DNA of 64,000 bases from Lama guanicoe. Its lineage: Eukaryota. Positions 1 to 14,006 of the stretch are shown here, piece after piece (position 1 is the first letter of the stretch; each line of letters starts with the position of its first letter). The notes under the pieces are model-generated. The model did not search any database, was not told the DNA's origin, and worked only from the letters and a program-made list of their open reading frames with translations. The stretch is taken from the NCBI GenBank assembly GCA_013239625.1, contig MU053810.1, forward strand, positions 5,924,122 through 5,988,121, given 5' to 3'. A program made the position numbers and the translations under genes.

Positions 1-65
1 ATTCAGGATCAGTGAGGAGCTAAGAAAGATGTGATATAAGCCTCAATCTTTTCTCTTCCCCACAG

Positions 66-238
66 GTCTTGAAACAGTTGCCTCCCACCCCGGGATGCCA
101 GTGAAGTGTCTAACTTCCCATCTACTGCAGTCTAGGAAAAGGCTGCCAACATCCAGTGCCAGTAGTCAGTCCCACACCTTCATATCCAGCGTGGAATCCG
201 AGTGCCACAGCAGTCCTAGATGGGAAAAGGATTGCCAG
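66..238 (+). CDS. MASTL: MASTL (Greatwall kinase) internal exon (human exon 7 equivalent)
   Basis: cacag|GTCTT...TGCCAG|gt; encodes (G)LETVASHPGMPVKCLTSHLLQSRKRLPTSSASSQSHTFISSVESECHSSPRWEKDCQ, matching MASTL; upstream exons lie outside the window. Confidence 0.93.
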
Positions 239-521
239 GTTCGTGTGAAATTCACCTTAAGCCAAACCAGTTACGTGTGTCAAATTAACGATTAGAAATG
301 CTTTATTCTTTTTCCATACAAATTTTATAAAGAAATTGTTACACGAATGGCAGGCAAGGTACGCTTCATTTTCCTATATATTCTGTCAAATTCTCTTAAA
401 ATATTTCATTTCTCATTCAAATGTGAAATTATTCTTGAATGATAGAATCCAAATTTTTAAATTTTTGTAGTAAATCGATAGTAAATGTTGGCCTTAAGGC
501 ATCTAGATGGGGAAATGGGAC

Positions 522-679
522 TTTTTTTGGAGGGGTGGGTGTGGGGGAGGTCATTAGGTCTATTTATTTGTTTATTACTGGTTTTGTTTTGTTTTGTTTT
601 TAATGGAGGTACTGAGGATTGAACCCAGGACCTTACCCACACTAAGCGTGTGCTCTGCCACTGAGCTGTACCCTCCCCC
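522..679 (-). mobile_element. tRNA-derived SINE (camelid Vic-1-like)
   Basis: Reverse complement of GGGGAGGGTAnAGCTCAGTGG...GGTTCAATCC..AGTACCTCC; flanking repeat aggcatctagatgg (497-510, 684-697). Confidence 0.85.
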
Positions 680-1839
680 TTCTAGGCATCTAGATGGACT
701 GCTTTTTTTTCAATTCTCTTCCCTGACACAGACATTAGATTGTTGAGGTTTTTTTAACCTGTGTCTTACTTTATTTTTTTCACTTCTCCTGCCTATATCT
801 TATTTTAAAACTTCTATCTCCTATGCTGTTTTCCGCCCATTTCTCATTTAGTGTAATGGTAACTCTTCTGGGTTACAAATAACCTTTAGACCACAAAGGT
901 AATGTAGGTGTGTCTTTGAAAGTATCTGTTCTAAGGAGATTGCTTGCTAGGTTAATAGAGTTACTGAAAGTTATTTTATTTAATTTGTATATTCTGTTTG
1001 TGGCTTTTTAAAGCTAATAAATATTAAAGCCAATGATTAATCACTGCTTCTTATTACTAAGTAAGTTAATAAAGTGTGACTTTTCACATATCAAAACTGT
1101 GCACTATTAGGGTTTACTAACAGTTTACTCTAATTGAGTATTCTTGTAGCAATCCTGGTTACCATGTGCCGATTTGCAATATTTTGTACAAAACTCTGGT
1201 CACACAAGAGCACCTTCAGAGAGCTAGAATTCAAATAGTATTTAAGAAAAGCACTTTGTTATCAATGCATCATCAGTTTATCTTGTTGACAATGGACTTT
1301 AACTCTTCTTATTTTTGGTTTTTAATTATACATCGCCACTAGTTTAGTTACATCCTTGTCAGCTTGGTTTTATCATACTTGTATGAAGTGATGCATGTTG
1401 ACATTAACCATATTTTTGGTCTGTAATTTTCCATTACCTGTGTTTCAAGCTCTGTGCTTTTGAAATTCAAAACAGCATCCATACCGCTGTTGCAGGGCAG
1501 ATACATGCATAATGTAACCTTACCCTCAATTTTGCCTGAGTATATTCCTATTAGTTTGTCCTATTGAAATAATACAAATTATACTAGCAAATACAAATGG
1601 AATTGTGTTAAATTTTATACCAGTGTTTCACTCAAAATAATGTATGTAAATGTATACTATAATCGTTTCATTTCTTTCTAATTCTCCGTTACCATTGTTC
1701 TTTCTTTCCATTGGAAAGTGGAAACAGGTAACATAGTAGTTTGTGGGGTCATTTATCCCACTTGAGGGGGCACAGGCTTAAGAGTTTAAAGAATCTCAGC
1801 TTTATATAATTTTTTTAAGTGTTTTCACCTCCCTCTTAG

Positions 1840-2976
1840 GAAAGTGATGATGCAGCAGGCTCTACAGTGATGAGCTGGAATATAATTGAAAAGCCTTTAT
1901 GTACAAAGTCTACAAGTGCCATCGAGACCAAAAGTTTCCATACAGAAGATCTTGAGTTAGCCCTTTCTCCCATTCAGAACAGCAGTGGCATTCCTGCCAC
2001 TGGAAGCTCTTGTGTAAACCCTGCTGAAAAGTGCTCCTCTGGGGAAGTTTCTTGGGAAGCAAGAGAACTGGATAGAAACAACATTAATGTGGCCGCTGAC
2101 GCAAGCCAGTCTGGTTTTCATCAGTCACCCCAGTGGGCTGTGGATTCCGGTGGGGTGACGGAAGAGCACCTTGGGACAAGAAGTTGTAAGAGAAGTTTCG
2201 AGTTGGTTGACTCCAGCCCTTGCCAGGAAATCATACAGAATAAAAAAAACTGTGTAGAGCACAAGCATAGTAATGAAATGAGAGATTGTTCTGCGAATCA
2301 GCAGACAGGCTTAACAACTGAAGTCCAGGACCTTACGCTGTCGGTGTGCGGGGCTCAGCACTGTGCTAATAAGGAGAACGTGGGCAGTTCTTTTATTGAC
2401 AAACAACAAACACCAGAAAAGTCACCTGTCCCAGTGATAGCAAAAAACCTAATGTGTGAGCTGGACGACGACTGTGACAAGAGTAGTAAGGATTACTTGA
2501 GTTCTAGTTTTCTATGTTCTGATAGTGATAGAACCCCTAAAAGTATTCAGATGGACTCTGATTCATCCTTTCCTGGAATTTCTATAATGGAAAGCCCATT
2601 AGGAAGGCAGTCCTTAGACCCAGATAAAAGCATCAAAGAATCCTCTCTGGAAGAATCAAATGTCGAAGACGCACTCACTGCATCACCCAGCGGCCAAGAA
2701 AGTACCTTGCGGAGAGGTGAGGAGAGTCCTGCCCTCCAAGACCATGACCAGAAAATGTTAGCTCCCTCCTCGGAGGTGCTGAAGACATTAACTGCTAAAA
2801 GAACTGCTGTAGCTTTTCGGAGTTTTAACAGCCACATTAACGCATCCCATGTCTCAGAACCCTCCAAGATGAGCATCTCTTCGTTGGATGCAATGGATGT
2901 TTCATGTGCTTACAGTGATTCATGTCCCATGGCGATAACCCCTACTCAGAAAGAAAGAGCCTGTAGGCCACATCAG
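1840..2976 (+). CDS. MASTL: MASTL large exon (1137 nt), most of the non-conserved middle region inserted in the kinase domain
   Basis: cttag|GAAAGT...CATCAG|gtgtgt; phase 0-0, 379 codons, overlaps ORF 1867..2997 (IAKNLMCELD, AVAFRSFNSHINAS motifs). Confidence 0.95.
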
Positions 2977-4005
2977 GTGTGTTATCACTTTATCTAATGT
3001 TTCGCCCTTTAGATTTTAGAAAAATAAACTATTATGTCCAGACACTTGCCTGTCAGCTAGAGCATAGACTATTAATCATGTAGTTTTTGTTCTGCTTGTT
3101 GGGAGTCTGGGGCTCATGAGAGGTTTTCATACAGAAAGATAAGGCTGGTAGTGATGTTTATTCTTCTTAACTACAACACCGCCTTCATTTGTATTGTTCT
3201 GTTTACTTTCGCATACTTACATGTCGCGTGTCTGCATATTTACAGACATCTTTTCACTTGCTCACAGCAACTGGGATACAAAATTAAAGTCCATCTACTT
3301 TACTGCCTTCTAAGGACATATTTAGGTGATCTCATTTCTTTACGGAAGAAAGTTGAAAAATATATATTTCAAATCTTTTTTTCCCTAAGCCTTTATCTTT
3401 ATACATCCAAAGTTTCAGGTTTTTTTTTTCTTCCTTTGGAGAGGTATCATAATACAGAAACTGTGAACTCCAAATTTAGCGTTCCAAGACTTGTTTTCTA
3501 TTTGAAACTTACTGAGTGACTTAAAAGTCCCTTTCCTTCAGAGCCTCTGTCTGCCATCTGTTTGTGAAATATAATGATACCCGTCCTGCTGGTCCCAGAG
3601 TCCTTGTGAGACAACAAAATATCTTAAAAACATAAATGCTGGTTAGCACAAGAGATTATTTATATGTAGTTCTGTCTTATGCATTGTTCAGATAGTCAAT
3701 CGTCAGCCGCAGCCTCCCTCTGTGACTATTCTTAAGCTTGTATTGATCCATGCTATCAAGAAATTTTTCTTGTGGATTTTTTCATTGTTTCTTGTATATC
3801 CAGATCTTACTGAAATAACTGGTGTGTTACCTATTAAATTGCATTAGCTGTCAGGACTCTCCATAATTATAATTAATGAGACCATTTTCAAACTTGATCA
3901 AGGATTTGAGTGTGTCTTTTATGCCCAGCAGCCTAGCTCTTCTTTGGTTTTAGCATTTCTAGAAGTTCACGATATTTATTGTCTCTTAAACTGTTTTGAA
4001 ATTAG

Positions 4006-4147
4006 CAGACCCCAAATCAGGTCAAGTCAGGAACTCCATACCGAACTCCAAAGAGCGTGAGAAGAGGGGCAGCCCCAGTGGACGATGGGCGAATCCTGGG
4101 AACCCCCGACTACCTCGCGCCTGAGCTGCTGTTAGGCAGGGCCCATG
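4006..4147 (+). CDS. MASTL: MASTL exon with the end of the activation segment (tandem acceptor 4006/4009)
   Basis: attag|CAG|ACCCCA...GCCCATG|gtaagg; [47 protein letters not shown]. Confidence 0.96.
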
Positions 4148-4640
4148 GTAAGGCATGCACGTCTTGAGTTTTTGAAGTATCTATCACTGTATTTTCTTTT
4201 GAGATAAATTGTCTTAAATTTCTTTGGTGCTTAGATTGCCTACGGATGAACTCATACAGTATTCTTTTCTCACATATATGGCCTTTATTATAGGAAAAGA
4301 AGACATGCAACCATTAATTCTTTGCCCACTGGTTTAGTCTCAGTGATCCAGAGAAGGCCCACCTCCCCCCACCTCTTACCATCTTTGTTCTAAATGTCTC
4401 CCCAGGTCTGTTCTAGTTTGGGCTCAGGGATACAGAGTTGGGCTACACTTCTGTTCACTTTGCAGAAGCCTCTTCCTGTTTAGAGCTCACCCTCACTCTA
4501 CCCGCACCAGAAGGGTCCAACCAGAAATGAGCCAGCCCTCAAAATGCAACGCAGAAATAAAGGGGTGACATTTTCACTGTTTCTTTTTTTTCCTTTTTCG
4601 CTCTCTGAAGAATTTTCCCTTCCTCCATTCTGAAGTGACC

Positions 4641-5091
4641 TGTATTGCTTTCCCAGGGCTACTCTAGCAAAACAGCACAAACTGGGTGGCTCAGAACGAC
4701 AGAAATGTTTATTGCCTGATGGTTCCGGAAGCTAGAGGTCTGAAATCAAGTGTCTACAGGACCTCCTCCCTCCGAAACCTGGATCCTTCCTTGCCTCTTC
4801 CCAGCTTCCTGTGGTTTGCCAGCAGTCTTTGGCTTGCCAGGATTTGGAGATGCATTGCTCCAGCCCTCCCTCTTCCATGGTGTTTTTCCTGTGGCTCTGT
4901 GGTCACAGGGCTGCATTCTTAAAAGGACGCCAGTCATGCTGGATTAGGGGCCCACTCCACTCCCATCTGACCTCTTCTTAATCTAACTAATTACATCTGC
5001 AAGGACCCTATTTCCAGATGTCACATTCAGGGGACCTCAGGGTTAGGACTTCATCCTGTCTTTTTGTTGGGGCATAATTCACCTCACCACA
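4641..5091 (-). mobile_element. MaLR solo LTR (MLT1-like)
   Basis: TG...CA ends; motifs aaactgggtggct, agaaatgtttatt, ggattagggcccac and ggttaggacttca typical of antisense MLT1. Confidence 0.7.
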
Positions 5092-6939
5092 GGAACCCCT
5101 TCTTCTACATCTGGATGTTAATTACTTCCCTTGTCTTTGGGCTCATCTTCCCCACCCCCACCCCCACCCCATACCTTCTATTGTTATTTCTTTGCTGGCT
5201 TTTCTCTGTAGTCTGAAAACAAGCTTCCACCTTTGTCTTTCCCTCACCACCTAACTTCTCAAAGGTAGTTTCTTGCCTTTGCCTGATCATTTCTGCTCTG
5301 GCAATCCGATTGTTATCCCTGCCATTGAACTGAAATGGTTTCATGGACAGTCACCAGTGATGTCATCACTGTCAGATCTGCCAGTCTCTCCTCTGTCCCA
5401 CTCCTATCACCACTATTGCTGATCCTCAATTCTTCCTTTATCTCTTCTAAATTAGAAGCTCTGCAAGATTCTGCCCTGTACCTTTCTTTCCCCACACCTG
5501 CTCCCCGTTAATCTCATCACTCCCATGCCTTCAGTTGTCACATCTCTGTTGATATTTTCTAAATATCTATTCCTAATCCTGACTTTCTCCAGGCAGCGTT
5601 CTGCTGTCATTCAGAACTACGTGTCTTGCCCTTCCTCTGTTCCCTCTCTCTGTTTCATCGTCTTCGTGGTGACACAAACGTTGTCCCTACATTCAGGCAT
5701 TTAAATCCGGTTAATATCTCTGCTCTGTTTCTTCTTTTTCATGTCTGCTGCTTTTCCACGTAAGAACCTCATCTCTCCCTCTCGTTAATTTAATAACTCT
5801 CTTTGTGATCTCCTCAACTCCATTCTGTTGTCTGTGATCATGGCCACCAGATTCTCCCTCCTGAAGCAGGATGGAGTCCATGCTACTTCCCTCCTTGAAG
5901 AACCATGGTGGCTCCTTCCTACCTGCAAAGTGGCATCCAGGTTACTGACGGGTGGCCCTCAGCTCTCATGCTAGTCTCATCTCTCAAAGAGTCTCTTTAT
6001 GGGCCTCACCTTCCCATTCTGCTTAGACACATTTATTTTCGTGTTTTCCTTATTTTGCACAACTGTTTTGCTTTAGTCTAGAAAAGCCAGTCCCCAATAG
6101 GTTTGCTGTCAGATTTCTTCTCATCATGAGCAGTCAATGTCAAATGTCACCTCTTCCATAAAGCATCCCTTGATCAACTACGGAGACCTAGCTCTTCACT
6201 TCAATATTACTTTATTAGATGCTTTTTAAAACTTACATCATTATTCTTATGTCATAATTATTATATTTGTCTCCACTACAAAAGCTTAAGAAAGTTCCTT
6301 AAGGCTGGAGTCTGAGTTCTCCTTCCACAAATCACTAACCATTGTCAATAATCTCTGCAGTGTTGAAGTTAGATACACTTAATATTCCCCTTTCTTTATC
6401 AGCCAAAGCAACTACGTTCCTCTGGGCACTTAACTAATTTCTGTACACTATCCCTTTTGCTAAATCACAGGTTTGCCAGCTCATTTCCTGTATTACAATT
6501 CACATTTTCTGCAACTTCAGATACAGTATGAAAGTGAACTTCAAATGTAAAGATTTACTTTATAAGATCTTGTCATTCTTTTCATGGGATCTCTAGTTAT
6601 CTTTGCTGGCTAGTGATAGATTATAAAATTTCTGTTTTCTTATTAAAGGGATTTGATACATAGTTTTTAAAATAACAAATAATACAGAGCAATTTATAAT
6701 GAAAAGAAAACAGTAATTCCCTGTTCTCTACCCCTCCCCCCAAAATCCCAGGCCCCAGAAACACCCACTTCAGCTCCTCAATTTCCCCTTGTACTAACCT
6801 CTCTAATTGTAAACCTCATGGCGAGGGACAGCTAAAACATCTCTGATGTTCCACCGTTGTCTTCCCCTCAGCCAAGGGGACTTAAGGACTCTGGACTGAG
6901 TTTCCATAGCTTCTCATGCATATGTTTGTTTCAACTGTA

Positions 6940-7822
6940 TTTTTTTTCTATTTTTTAATTTTTTATTGAAATACAGTCAACTACAATGTGTCGATTTCTG
7001 GTGTACAGCACAATGTCCCAGTCATGCATATACATACATATATTCGTTTTCATAAAGATTATTACAAGGTATTGAACATTGTTCCCTGTGCTATACAGAA
7101 GAAACTTTTTTAAAAATCTATCTTTATATATAGTGGCTAACATTTGTGTATCTCAAACTCCCATGTTTAACCATTTCCACCCCATTTTCCCTGCTAACCA
7201 TAAGATTGTTTACTATGTCTGCGAGTCTGTTTCTGTTTTGTAGATGAATTCATAATGTCCTTTTTTTTTTTTTTTAGATTCTGCATATGAGTGATACCAT
7301 GATATTTTTCTTTCTTTCTGCCTTACTTCAGTTAGAAAGATGATCTCTAGGTCTATCCATGTTGCTACAAATGGCATTATTTTATTTTTATGGCTGAATA
7401 GTATTCCATTGTGTAAATATACCACAACTTCTTTATCTACATCTGTTGATGGACATTTAGTTTACTTCCAAGTCTTGGCTATTGTAAATAGTGCTGCTAT
7501 GAACACTGGGGTGCAGGTGTCTTTTCAAATTAGAGTTCCCTCTGGATTATATATACCCAGAAGTGGGATTGCTAGATCATATAGTAGATCTGTTTTTAGT
7601 TTTTTGAGGAATCTCCGTACTGTTTTCCATAACGGCTGCACCAAACTGCATTCCCACCAGCACTGTAGGAGGGTGCTCTTTTCTCCACAGCCTCTCCAGC
7701 ATTTGTTATTTGTGGACTTTTGAATGATGGCCATTCTGACTGGTGTGAAGTGATACCTCATTATTGTTTTGATTTGCATTTCTCTGATAATCAGCAACAT
7801 TGAGCATTTTTTCATGTGCCTG
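6940..7822 (-). mobile_element. LINE-1 3' end (ORF2 C-terminus + 3'UTR), 5'-truncated
   Basis: ORF 7525..7815 [31 protein letters not shown]...[15 protein letters not shown] is L1 ORF2p C-terminal sequence; T-rich tail at left. Confidence 0.93.
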
Positions 7823-9859
7823 TAGCTCTCTTTAAATTGGGTTAAAATGGTGAGTATTGTCTCTCCCAGAGTAGGCTGTTTTCTCCTTGAGGAAACCTCT
7901 CTTTTTCATCTTTGTATCCCTTATATCTGGCACAATACCTGGTTTCTAGTTCAGTGAATGATGTGAGAATGAACTCATAACTTTGTAACAATGGACCTAA
8001 CTCCTGTTTTCTTACATGCAGGATTTCTGACTTCGGGTGAGTGAATTTCTGCACAAAGTAATGCAGCCAAGCATATTTAACTGAACAGTCAAAGTATAAC
8101 TAGATCACATTGCATAAAAAAAAACTTTTTTTTCATTTCAGCTCACTTGTGAAATACAAACATGAACTGTCTTCTGTCTTCTGAGCAGGAAGACAGCCAG
8201 GGCGAGTGCTCTTCTCCGTGAAAACAAATGTAGACATGTGGCATTTTTATAACTATTAAAGGTAGCAAAGAGTGTAGATACAGCCATTTTTTACTGCAGT
8301 TGAAGAAATAGGCTTGATAAAAATATTAAAATTAGCGGCCACAAAAGGGCTTGAATTTTCTAGCCATTTAATTCCATTATTATTAGAAAATAGAAAGATA
8401 TAACAGTATCAATATACAAATTACAGAAGTGGGTTTTGAATTAGGAAGCCAGTAGTATAAAACAAGTTTGCTCTATATCTCTGGCTAATGATATATAATT
8501 GATTTGTTTCATAATCGATAATATGATTTATCACAATATGTGATCTTATTAGACTTTGACTCATATATGGGTATGTATGACATATCCATGGAGAAATCAT
8601 GTATGTTTTTTGACATGAGTACATTTTGGCTGAGCTGGGAAAAGGATCCTAATACCTAACCTGAGTAAAAATAAATTAAAATGCACATTTTTTCCTGATT
8701 TCCCCTTACTTTTCTGTTTTTTGGTTATGTTATCTAATCTGTTGGAATAATTCTTTCTCGGTGCTGCTTAAAAGGCCTACTAACTGAGGTGGTTTATATG
8801 TTTTTCTTCAGTGATTTCTGTAGAAACGGAAGCCTAGAGACTGTTGGCACCTGTGTTCCTTAGGGAAGTTGGGATTATGTGGCTTGCAGCTGAAAAGGCA
8901 CTAAATGCATGCAATTATTTTTTCTGATGGCAGATTCCAGGATACTTTCCAGCTTGTTTTAAAATGAAATGGTGGCAGTTGCTTAACCACAATAAGGAAT
9001 TTTGTGAAATTGATTTTTAAAGTAATTTTCAGGCAAATTTAGTTCTAGGCTAGAATCTCAATTCTGAATTTATACTGAAGTTAATCATTTTGGGACTGAA
9101 ATTAACCTTTGCTTAGAAAACATTCTTATTCATTGACATAACTACACAAAAGTATGAACCAGATTATGGGGCATGTTTCAAACAATCATTTAAAATATCT
9201 TTGTATACAAATGATGTGTCCAATGAAGATTTTATTTAAAAATCAGCTTTACTTATTTATTAAGACTTACCTTCTGATTACCTCCTCGAGCCGGTTTAAA
9301 TGAATTTTTTTTGTTAAATTAATTTGTTCCTCTATATTCTTAAAAGAAATAAAGCTACATTAAAACACTGCAAGTAAGGCTTTCCCTAGTTATACCACGT
9401 TATTCTCCAATTAGCATTAATGTTGCTATTTCATCTCATTCCTTTGTGAAAAGAGTGGGACATAGAATCATCTAAATGTTGTTTCTTGATTTGAAATTGA
9501 GAAGCACTCTTTTAGAGAATAATTTTCAGATTAAATGCATTCCTCAGCTGTGTTTTAGGATTTAGAACAAATAAGTGTCCAGAATATCAGGGGTTATTAA
9601 GAAGTGACAAAAGATAGCTTTAACTTTAATTTCTAGCTAGCCAGGCTAATGTAAAGTTCTGTTTTCCAAGAAAGTATTTACCACTTTGCCTAAATTAAGG
9701 TAATTTGGGTTCTTGTACCTTCCGAAGCCAGAAGAAAGCCTTAGGAAATGAGCGTTTGGGGCCTTCAGTGTGGCCAGACATCCACGTGTTATTAATTACT
9801 GTTTTAGTTGATCGGACATTTGTAGAAAAATGCTTTTAAGTTCAGCTACTTCCTCTTAA

Positions 9860-10194
<335 letters not shown>

Positions 10195-11272
10195 TAGTAA
10201 ACTCTTTTACCTTTGATGTGTTTCAGGGATGAATGTTAATGACACCAAGTTCTAGTACAGTACTACAGATAATGTGACAGATAGGTGAAATTGGTTTTTA
10301 AAAATTCGTTTTATTTTTGCCCTCTAGGTATGCACTGACATATTTGTCCTTATTCTACATTAAAATTCAGTGCAATCAGGTTATAATCTTCACTCCATGA
10401 ATTTTATTGATCCCAAACTGGTACCTGAAACAAGCTGATCTTGTCCATGTCTTTAGGTTTTTCAGAACCTAATAAAAGTTAAACATCAGCACATACGGGA
10501 AATTTTTTAAATCAAAGCTTCCTGATCTATGATTTCTTACTGCTTCATTTCTGATATCATTATTGGTTGACAAATATTTTTATGGACTCTGGCTCCTTGT
10601 TGCATTATCTTCACAGCCAGGTTGCCTCAAAAGAAGACAAAATTGGTACATTGTGACCCATTCAAAGGTTTTGTTTTGTTCTTTTTAAATCAATGCAGGA
10701 AACTCTCATTCATTTTAAACTTGTTTTGAAGCTCTGGTAACTCTCATTAGCAGCTGCCTTAAAATCCTTTTTAACAAGATTTCTATAGAAACAGCTAAGT
10801 ATTCTGTCTTGAAATGCATTTCCATGTGAAGTGAGGTATATTTAGGAAAATGAACTTAGCAATATATATATCATTTGTATCAGCTTCTAGATGCTCCCTC
10901 CAGGAAGATCAGCAGTTTATTTATTTATCAAATCCTATAGAGTGACTTCTGGGTGCTGGACAGTGTTACCGTTTCGGGCACTGGAGGTCCCGTACAGATG
11001 AACCAGACTGAAATCCTGTGCTTACTATTCTAGAACTTACATTCTAGTGGAAAGACAGAAAGTAAACAAATACAATCATAACATAATGCCATGTGGTGGT
11101 AAGTACACGCGGAGAGATGAAGGAGAGTGAGAAGGATACAAAGCGAAGCCAAGAGTTGTTTTTTTTTTTAAAGATGGGGTGGTCAGGAAGACCTCTGAAG
11201 GGTGGAATTGGAGCAAAAACCTGTGTAAAGATGCAGACATTTGAAAACCGAGCTCTAAACATTGCTTTAGAA

Positions 11273-11481
11273 CAGCAGTTCTCCATGGGATGATTTTGCT
11301 CCCCAGAAGACATCCGGCACTGTCTGGAGACATTTTGTTGTTGTTGTCACAACAGTTGGGGGCCTCTAGCAGGTAGAGGCCAAGACTTCTGCTCAGTTTC
11401 CTACAATGCACAGGGCAGTCCCTCCCACAAAGGATTATCTGGTCCCAAATGTCAGTTGTAACAAAGCTGAGAAACCGTTGC
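11273..11481. mobile_element. MER20-like hAT DNA-transposon fossil
   Basis: cagcagttctc...gattttgctcccc...gtctggagacatttt...tgagaaaccgttg; degenerate terminal inverted repeats. Confidence 0.7.
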
Positions 11482-12877
11482 TTAGCAAATGGCTATAATG
11501 TACGGTAATGTACTCCGTCCATTCTTACCAATGATGTCAGATTTGTGTTCATTTGTTAAATGAACAGTTTACCTTGTGGAGCAGATAGGGGTATTCTTCA
11601 GTTAAGAAACAATTAATTGTTTTAACACCTGTTTGTTTCATTTTTTTTCCCCACACCTGTGTGTTTAGTTTATCTTAACTTAGATTGGAATTCCTTTGTG
11701 GATTCTGTTCAAATAGAGTTGTGACGAGAGGCTCACAAAGCAGCACATCACATCCACGTATCCCGGTTTGAGTTACCACTGCAAATAACTCTGAAGTCAT
11801 CTATGCTCAGTTATGTATTTTGAACCTTTGAGACAAATAAATACTCTAAGTGTGAATCATTTTTGCTATCTTATCCCTTTTCCTGCCAGTCTTTTAGTTT
11901 AAGGAAAAACCAACTTATTGGTTTCTGACATACTGATTTCCCAACACATTACCCCCAGTACAGACACACAGTTCTTTCCTGTCTGTGCAGTCATCTTCTG
12001 ATATTTTCCTTAAATCTGATTGCTTGCTTTGTTTGTTCACTGCCTTAACTGTCACTTCATTTTTTTGGCCATCATCTTTATTATTGCCTGATGAAGTGAA
12101 TAGTGGAGGAGAGGGGAAGCCGTGTATACCAACTAAATACCACACTGATCAAAAAAGCAAATTTTCATTTTGGTAGCTAGAAGAAAATGGCAGGAAAATG
12201 TAGTTTAAGAGGTGAGCAAAGCTAGGATTTTGCAAGTGGAAGCAGTAAGACTCGGATGTGGCCACGCCGCTGGGTAGCTGGTGTATCGTAGAGACGCAAG
12301 TCAGTGAAGTCAAAGAACCAGGAGGAGAAAGAAAGTATCAAGTGTCATCCGTGTGTACGTTGAAATCACCATGAAGCACAAGGATGGCGCACGGGGGAGA
12401 AGGCAGGGGAGTGGAGGCTGAGCTTCTTTCCGAAGTTATCTAGTGGGGGTGATGCTGAGGGCGCAGAGCTCCAAGCAGGCGGCCAGCACTGGGAATGAGA
12501 AATGGGGTGTTAATCATGGAAGATCTGTAGGGTGGAAGCTGTATCGGGAGCAGGAAGTTTCTCATCGAGTCAGGGATTCTGTGAGAAGAGGCAGGCAGTG
12601 AGAAAGATAGGCGTCTGTTCGGGCAAATCATCATTCACTCATTTGACGAACACAGACGAGGCCCCGTCACGTGCCAGGTCATACACACAGTGACACAGTG
12701 TGTGCGGCTGTGAAGCATGTGGTTGAAGAGAAAGACGACAAGTGTTTTTAAAATGTCTGTGAAAAGGACGTAGTAAAGTAGGGCAAGGTACATGGGAGAC
12801 AGTCTCTTCTTAATTCCTGAAAAATAGTACTTTGGTAATGGTGACATAATACTGTTTTGTTTTATATTTTTCTCAAG

Positions 12878-13035
12878 AGCTGAAACTTCACCCTCTATTC
12901 AGCGATGTGGACTGGGAAAACCTACAGCATCAAAGTATGCCTTTCATACCCCAACCAGATGACGAAACAGATACATCGTATTTTGAAGCCAGAAATAATG
13001 CCCAGCACCTGACCATATCTGGATTTAGCCTATAG
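12878..13035 (+). CDS. MASTL: MASTL last coding exon (AGC-kinase C-terminal tail), stop TAG at 13033-13035
   Basis: tcaag|AGCTG...; (E)[51 protein letters not shown]; frame is continuous across all six exons. Confidence 0.96.
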
Positions 13036-13795
13036 CGCACACATTTTCCCTTTAGTCAGTCTTGCCATCGAGAATAAGTAGCATAATTGCATATGCCTTA
13101 ACACCAGATTGATCTAAGGGAAAAAAAGGCATTATTTTACCTGGATCAGTGAGCTTCCTGCGCGTGTTACAGCTGCCACAGCGTCAAAAGGCTATTATAA
13201 TCAGTAATTTATGTTAATCTCAGCGTTGTATATAGATCTTCAAAGCTTTTTTCCCTCTTATTTATTTTGTCACTGCACTTTATTTACATTCAGTAAAACT
13301 AGAATGCCATTACCACTTGAAGAGTGAGCCTCAGGCTTGGTGTTCTTCCTCATCTGTTGATTTCAGTCCACCATTCAGCTTGGTGTTAATACAACAGAAA
13401 CATCATACAGCTTTATTTTAGTGTAATTTACCCGCACTTGGTTGCCTGCAAAAGCCCTATTCTCTTGGGCAATCCTTTAAAGCTGTACTTGTGACCTCAA
13501 AAATGCTGCTGGAAAATTCCTTCACTTAGTACTGTAACTCCTTTCAGGAATGAGGGCTAAACAAAAGGACTAAGGTTTGGGTTTACTTTGCTCTGAATAC
13601 AGTTCTGCTGCCTTGACTGCTTCTGGTGCTTTTTCTACAAGACATGTTTGTTTAAAATAGTACTGCAAAGCTTAGGTGTGATACACTGTAGGAATTTTAA
13701 CAGCCTATTCAATTTTAACAAAAAAAAGGATCATTTACTTTTAAATAATTTGTTTAAAACATATGCGGCATTACCAGAATAGCCTAATTCTTAAA

Positions 13796-13827
13796 AATAA
13801 ATAAATAACTTACTTTTGCTTAATAAA
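13796..13827 (+). terminator. Candidate MASTL polyadenylation signals (clustered AATAAA)
   Basis: AATAAA at 13796, 13800 and 13822, about 0.8 kb after the stop codon; usage cannot be shown from sequence. Confidence 0.45.
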
Positions 13828-13869
13828 TATAATTGTAACATACTTCGGTGTATTACCTGTCCACTATCA

Positions 13870-14006
13870 TTTTTTAATTTTTTTTTTTTACTATTTTTTT
13901 TTGCAGGCAGAGGTAGTTAATTTTTAGAGGAGTTACTGGGATTTGAACCCAGGACCTCCTGCATGCTAAGCATGCACTCTACCACTTGAGCTATACGTTA
14001 CCCCCT
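13870..14006 (-). mobile_element. tRNA-derived SINE
   Basis: tactgggatttgaacccaggacctcctgcatgctaagcatgcactctaccacttgagctatac with a T-rich tail. Confidence 0.85.

Noticed and set aside
2547..2876. 109-aa ORF antisense to MASTL
   Set aside because: Shadow ORF on the opposite strand of a real exon; no independent signals
3151..3519. 122-aa hydrophobic ORF in a MASTL intron
   Set aside because: T-rich intronic composition; no splice or homology support
6955..7815. ORFs resembling proteins (also at 45187, 49358, 61347)
   Set aside because: Degenerate L1 ORF2/3'UTR fragments, not host genes
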